DNA of 61,792 nucleotides, filler included, from Basidiobolus ranarum (Eukaryota): NCBI GenBank assembly GCA_040143965.1. It is 9 parts of 9 records of this genome, joined end to end, with 100 filler letters (N's around TTAATTAATTAA, not from the genome) between each part and the next. Parts side by side here need not be neighbours in the genome. Positions count along the whole stretch, not along the records: positions 55,034 to 61,792 come from JASJQH010001251.1; 8 more parts are not named here. One strand, 5' to 3'. Shown piece by piece: positions 55,240 to 61,792 of this stretch (position 1 is its first letter; each line of letters starts with the position of its first letter). The notes under the pieces were generated by a model. It saw only the letters and a program-made list of their open reading frames with translations, ran no database searches and was not told where the DNA came from. The position numbers and the translations under genes were made by a program.

Positions 55240-58177
55240 TGGAGATATTGGTAAAGATACTGAAACTATCCCGTGATAGAGTTCAACAGACTGGTCTTAT
55301 ACAGTGGCAGTTTCGAGCCCTGGAGATTTCGCCAAGGCCGATAATTTAAGCCAGGGTACGAATGGTTGACGTACTAGTTTCAATCTGTGTCATTCGATCA
55401 TTAAGGTTCTAATCCTTCAAGCTGTACAAATTAATGTGGACTAAAATGGATATCTTATGTAATTGGTACGTATTAGTAGACAGGAACATAACGCATTCCC
55501 ATTGGTAGAAAAGCAATTGAATGTTCACCAACATTTAAGTGGAATGTATGAATAACCAGAATTGGAATGTGCTCTTATCGTCATCTCCATGATTACTGTA
55601 ACCCCGATGGACTCTTTAGGTCAACTCAGTATATAAATAAATCCTAGGCTGTAGACCTACACCAAAAAGCCATAGTCAAATCCGGTCCAGAGATAGGGTT
55701 AAATGGATTTCGTGTCTCTTCATATGTAGTACACTGCAGTGGCAATCGTTATCAAACCCTTCCATATTGGTTGCTGTGATTTTCCTAGGAGGGCTGCGTT
55801 CGTCATCACCTGGGATATAACAGTGAGCAGCACAATCTGTACTTTCGATTTTCCATCCTTGAGTTGGAAAGAGCCTGATTGAAATCGCGTTTTTATTGGA
55901 GTCTTTCTGCAAGCTAGAACGCCAGTGCGATACAGCTCTTTTTGCCTATCTTTCCGATTCAATCTTCATTGTGCGGCTAATTCCCAGCTCAGGGACTCTA
56001 ATTTCGTGTTTGGATTTTCTATTGTTTTCACGTGCTATTTCATTTTGCTCGTCTATGGATTCGTGATTACCGTTCAAACCACCGCATTCAACTAAACACA
56101 AGGAGAATAATGATCACCGGATGACGAATAAATGCTTGGCCAAACTCATCAGCCTTTCTGGGCAAATACTGAATGTAAACGCGTGGGCTAACCACTGACT
56201 ATTGGGCAATTCGTTGGACAATTTCTAGTTTACAGATGTATTGGTAACATACTTGTACCTTGGCGTTCACCAAGACTCCAATCAATGCAATGCATCGGTT
56301 GATGTCTGACAATATGATGTCCGTGAATTACCATCACGCCAAATTACTTTAAACGTAGCGCTTCAGGGAGAATGTCTTCTTGGCGACTACAAATAGACTA
56401 TTACTATGACGTGCACTTAGTAAAAGAGCACAGGCATATTAAAATCTAAATTGATAAAAGGACGGGACAAGATCCATATATCATAGAGACGGATTCGATA
56501 CACTCTTGATAATGCATATATGAACAGCCTTGGCTTGCTTGGAATTATTGCTCTGAGACTGTGGTTGTGAAGACTGTCGTAAGAATATGCAAATGGAGTT
56601 ACCTTTATCAAAGTGTCCCATTAAACGGAGAACAAATCTCCTTCCGGAGATTGAAGGGAATCAAATACTACTGGATTTCATTGGTTCAATTCGACTGAAT
56701 AGAAGATTCTCGACACTTTATTACTTAATATGGAAGTTTACTCGATGTGAACTATTTTCAAAATAAATATTTCCCATTCTTTGGAATTTTCTTGGATAAC
56801 CTGTGTGCACTCTATCTGCTTCGGGTTAGGCGACAGGGTTGAAGATGAGTTCGGAAATCTTTCCGAAACTGATCAGTTTAGGTTCAACACGAGCTGTTTG
56901 GTCAGAACAAACAGCCTCAGTATGAGTTAGGCATCCGAAGACTTAGCTGTACGTTTGTGATACGAACAGAAATCCTGATGTATTCAAGCAAAGTGTAGCG
57001 TGTAAGAGATATTTGCCGGCTCAATCACCAAGTCAACAATGACTTATAACTAATAGAAATTGAATCACAAGGGTAGTGGGTTAGCTTGCCCCGTTTCTTC
57101 GTAGGTCATAACTAGCCTATGTCACTAACACCGTCACGAATATCTCATTGTCACTTCGGGAAAGAAAGATAATCGGAAAGTTCTAATCTACAGAGCCTCT
57201 TTGAGAGTATGATCACATGGTGAGAACATCACAGTCGATCCAGAACGATACCACGTGACAGATCATTACAATGGTAATGTTGAGTCGTCTTCATCTTCAT
57301 AGAAGACGGTAAATATATGTGCTTGAAAGTGTTGGATTGATATTTTTTAGTTGAAGTAAACTCTAACTCGTTTCTTGAAGTTCCGACAAGATCATACCCT
57401 TCCGATACTCATTTGCTTCAGTCGTGATAAAGGGAGGTATAGGTTCTCGCTGTGATTATAAAGTCTTTCGACGTCATACAACATAAATAGACAAAGTATG
57501 TCCATTCTAGCGCTAGTATTGCCAAATAGAAGGGAAGACCTTTATGGTAATTCGACCAGATATAAACGGCTAACAGCAAACGCTAACTAGATAGCGCTCG
57601 TGTGGGCTGAAGATTTATCATGACTTGGTATCTTTGGGTCTGGATTTAGTTTTAATATAGCGTTACTTACATCTTAGGGTTCAACTTCGAGCGTGAAAAT
57701 CTTAGTGAACTGAATACGTGAAATTATTAATCGATTTCAGAGATTGTAATTCATCTTCTAGTCTAGATATCTAAAAATAGATTGGATAAAAATACCGCTT
57801 CCCTTTTCGTACACGTCCATCCAACATGAAGGTACTATTTACATTCATTGAACTAGTGGCGGGTGCTTTGTAACATGCTACAGGTCGATGTAGAACACAC
57901 AACAATTCAATTGTTTCTAAGTCTTTCAAATCATGGCCTTGTATTGTTATCAATATCTATCCATCTATGAATCTTGTTCCCTGAACTTTCTATTTGTATT
58001 TATTTCATTGAGGTTGTTTGAATATTGTCTTCGTAGTCGAACATCGCTAGTTCAGGTACTGATTACCAAAGGACCGTCGAAATCAAGGACGAGTCGAAGG
58101 TGTATATATTAGTTTCAACATTCTGACTTCATATAATTATGAGGGTATTCGAAGTTTGCCAAACATAATAGTTATAG

Positions 58178-58735
58178 TCGTGTTTGGTATGACAAACGTA
58201 TGTCTTCTGAATTTTTTAGCGATACACTTAGTTGAGTTCAAGGGTTATGTTTATCATATCACCAATGATAATGATAAGTAAGGTTCTCCTTTGAAGCAAA
58301 GTATCCTCCTTCCTCACCATGCCCGTCTACATTTGTCTATGTGTACTGTCCACATCATACTGACTAGTAGAAAAGAAAGAGCATTGGTTTCAAATTTTCC
58401 GTTTTCTCTTTGGTTACTATCAAGCAAAAACCTTCCTGGATTGAGTGATGCTACTATCCCCAAGCGTCCGAGACCTAAAAGACCTTCCAAAGAAAAATGT
58501 TCACTCTTACCAAAGATGATCGTAAATTTTTTATCCGTTGTGGGGTCCAACTAATAATGCTGATAAGAACCCTTACCCTAAAACTCCTAAAACACAATGT
58601 CTTGTCACCGCTCTTAATCTCCAACAAGCATCACAGAATTCTTCTTAGGCGCAAACAAACCTCAACTTCCAAACAAGTCGCTACCAACTACTCTAAACTC
58701 CTCGCTCGACCTGTTTAAGAGCAACATAGGGAGGA
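58178..58735 (+). pseudogene. RPS6: 40S ribosomal protein S6 processed pseudogene
   Basis: Frameshifted but colinear: RVWYDKRMSSE, EFKGYVYHIT.DNDK*GSPLKQSILLPHHARL, LPGLSDATIPKRPRPKRPSK, RKFFIR, KNPYPKTPKTQCLVT, KHHRILLRRKQ, NYSKLLAR. No introns evident. Confidence 0.85.
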
Positions 58736-59125
58736 ATACGAGATTAAGAAAAGAAGAGCAGGTTCTCAACACATATTTACCGCCAAAAATTAACTCTCTA
58801 TATACGGATATTTCAATAAAGAATGGCGAATATGTATAAGAGAGGGAGTGTAAACAACATGTAGCCCTCAACTATTTAATTTATACAATCGTTTAGCCTC
58901 ACAGCGCCCAGGGTGAGAACAATTATGTAGTAGAGATTAAATAAAATGAAATGAAAGAGATTTGTTAATATCCAAACCGGTTAATAGTGTTTAGTCAGGG
59001 AAGTTTATTACAAGATATCTGTTGTGAATATTATATTAGCTGGTTTTAAAACAGCAGGGATCACTTAAACATGTACATAAATAGATAATGAATTGAAAGG
59101 AGTTGTTACTACTTCTCCAACATTT

Positions 59126-60504
59126 CTATTCGGTTTGAGTGTAAACTTTGAAATCTTTGGTTTTGAAGTATTTCTCGGCAAATCTCTTCCCACTTCTGGT
59201 GGGCTGCGTAAAGGCAAGATCATCGAGTTTTAGACTGCATCCATAAAGGAACGTTTTTCTCACACAATCAAGAAGTTTACGTGCCACACCGCTGCCTCGA
59301 TAACGTCGAGAGATCCATAGACGATGAATACCACATATGGCTGGAACTGAGTTATCACTTTGATGCACCAAAATGAGTCTACAATATTCAAGAACATAGA
59401 ACGCCAGCTATACAAAACTACCTTATTGAAATAGCAGAACTCTCAACAGCATTAGAATGAGATTCATGATCCTCGCTAAAATCCTCATCTTGCTCGGTAT
59501 CTATTTCCACTTTGAAGGCATATTCAATGCTTTCCGTAACTACACAACCTATCACCTTCTTACTTTTCACATAAAGATAAACCTTACAAGAGTCGAGGCG
59601 AGATTCACTTAAAGTTGGACATCCTAACTCAGTATTGACGATTTCAAGAATTTCCTTGAGCTTAAAGTACGGATAAGCGTTAGTTGTTGAATAGAAATGA
59701 CATATAGTACGGTAAATAAAGGTACTTTTCGCTTCTCAAACGGACTTGAGGATTTGCTGAGGACTATAATGGATTCATCACTTTCGTTCGACCGTGAGGC
59801 AATCATTTCGTTCTTGTAGTGCTAAAGTTTAAATAAATATCTTAGCAACCGGGTGTGTATCAAGTAACTGCTTTTAAACTCGAAGAAATGATTTCTTTAG
59901 GTACTCACTGGATATTCAATTCCGGCTATAACAGCACGATGATATTTATCATGAAAAGCATCATCATCTTCTTGTCCTCTACTGTATTGCATTTTACATT
60001 CTGGGCAAGTAATGAGTCCAAAATCTTTTTGTCCCAACTCAAGAAATAGTTGTTGAAAACGTGGTTTCTTTGGCACGGGCGAGTGAACTTGTGTTTGCTG
60101 GCGTTTGGATCGTAGCAGAGAAGTTGGTAAAATAGCGTTAGACCGGGTGGGTGAAGAAGGTGGAGATGGTGAGTCGGAAGTGGCGTAAGTTGTGGAGCGT
60201 GGAGAATTGTCGACTTTCTTAGATGGTGTCTTTCTCGTCAGAAAGTTGGTTAGAGTCAACTGACCTCCGTTTAAGAGCTTTGGAGGTTTACGTGTAGGAG
60301 TAGAAGGTGGAGGCGGTGAAGAAGGTGGTGTATAAGGACGACATGGTGAACTTTCTATACTTTCGCTTAAAGAATTCTCTCTTGGGCCACTGGTTGTAAA
60401 AGATTAGTAGTTTGTCCACACGATGATAAAAGTAAAATATGAAGGACTAACTCCGAATCTGGGTTTCTTCGCTTTCCATAAGTGACTTTAACACGACGAT
60501 TCAT
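59126..60504 (-). CDS. ECO1: Cohesin acetyltransferase Eco1/Eso1/ESCO, multi-exon
   Basis: PIP-like QLTLTNFL; QLFLELGQ; zinc finger CPECKMQY...HDKYH; C-terminal CGIHRLWI...RGSGVARKLLD...LAFTQPTRSGKRFA. Confidence 0.92.
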
Positions 60505-61633
60505 CAAATTTTTCCTAACTTGTTTTCTCAACTTCAACGCAAGCGAGCAAGGATACCATTACTAAATCCATTGTATATCGACTGTAGTAGAAGATACGGT
60601 CACTCAAGGATTCATCTTTTGATGTAAACAAATAATACCTAAACTATCCAATTAAATTGGAGTATAGAATTAACATAAACAGTTGCGAGTTACTCTAATT
60701 GGTTACGTGAATATTACTTTTATCATTTACTATGTTGTATTGAATTCTCGTATTAATTGGCAAAATCAAATATACTTTAAAAATTTGCAAGTGCCGGTCT
60801 ACGTATACCTGAACTTCAAGAAATATTTATTTATAACTCTAAACCTCCTTAGAGTATATAATGGAGAGAGTTCTAACCGCTTTCATAATGAATGTATTAC
60901 CCCAACTAAGCAGTAGCCTTGAGTTTCATTAGAATGGGTACAGCTATCTCCAAAATATGGCATGTAGGTGTGCTGTTTTCTCACTTGAAGCTTTCAGAAT
61001 GTAACCAGAGCCAATATAGGGAACTCAATAACTGGACAGATGCTCAATGGTAAACCAAGCATCTTGGATTAATAACACCAGTTGGTAACATGTTACTGTG
61101 GTATACATATTAGTCATTTTGACTAATAACAGGCTATGAGACTCATTGTTAGTATGCAAGCTAGACTCTATGCTGATCCAAAGATGATGTTAGTTTCGCT
61201 CACTAGTGAGTGAATTTGCACCATTTCTGATATGATCCAGCCCTTGCTAAAGTAGCTATCATATTATAATGTGAGACTTTTCAGTAAGATCGAGTTCTGA
61301 TCTCAATTCAGACTTATGCTATCATGCATAGCGGATTCACTACTTTGCATACCGTTATCAAATGATGTTTCTGCATTCACTACATATATTAACTTGATAT
61401 TTGCCACAGACCAAGTTGCACCCAAAGAGCAGTCTTTGATACTGTGAAGGTGATTTCACTACACTTGGTAACATTAAATACATTTATATTTATTATGCTT
61501 GGTGAATCAGTTTTGAGCTCTATATGCCTATTGAACTATACTTGTAGATTATGTTAAAGTAGGTGTCTTCCAAGGCTTTCCATACCTTCTTGGCAGTTTT
61601 AGCTCTTGAACATTGAATTAGCAATTTGTCTTT

Positions 61634-61792
61634 TGTTAAAGTATTTGGGAGCCTGTTGGAAGTGGTTTGGAGAATTAGAGGAATTGGTGGTTTTCACTTA
61701 TTGATTGATTGAGTAGAAAGTTAACATTTATAGTTTTGTCAAGATGTAAACAAACTAACGTGTAGAATATGTTAAGGAAGGTCCCAGGAACA
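61634..61792 (-). mobile_element. Partial copia-family LTR (3' part)
   Basis: Reverse complement matches 6896-7074 closely; on the + strand it begins TGTTAAAGTATTTGGGAGCC. Confidence 0.8.

Overview
This window is not one locus. It is nine unrelated ~6.8 kb contigs, sorted by decreasing length (6795, 6794, 6788, 6776, 6775, 6770, 6769, 6766, 6759 bp) and joined by artificial 100-nt N44-TTAATTAATTAA-N44 linkers. The DNA is AT-rich and eukaryotic with short GT-AG introns, and the proteins look fungal. An early-diverging, Basidiobolus-like fungus is my inference, not something the sequence proves. Housekeeping genes include SAC3, HMT1, dynein intermediate chain, class II eIF4E, SCS3/FIT, SPT4, a TBC Rab-GAP, DUF1640, CYT1, actin and ECO1; there is also a Zn-dehydrogenase, a 2OG oxygenase and an alpha-carbonic anhydrase. 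The accessory contigs carry what looks like a secreted antimicrobial or effector arsenal: five small Cys-rich secreted proteins clustered in 5 kb (a 10-Cys pair, a distant 6-Cys relative and a beta/gamma-crystallin-like pair), a three-exon Kex2-type 10-Cys prepropeptide, tandem bacterial-type CHAP peptidoglycan hydrolases (one with an intron), two divergent secreted helical paralogs and a bacterial-like intronless alpha/beta hydrolase. Mobile and derived DNA includes an insect-type Mos1-like mariner inserted into a copia solo LTR, a copia 5' end with a half-tRNA-iMet primer-binding site, a nad2 NUMT, an RPS6 retrocopy and a dispersed repeat with telomere-like tails.
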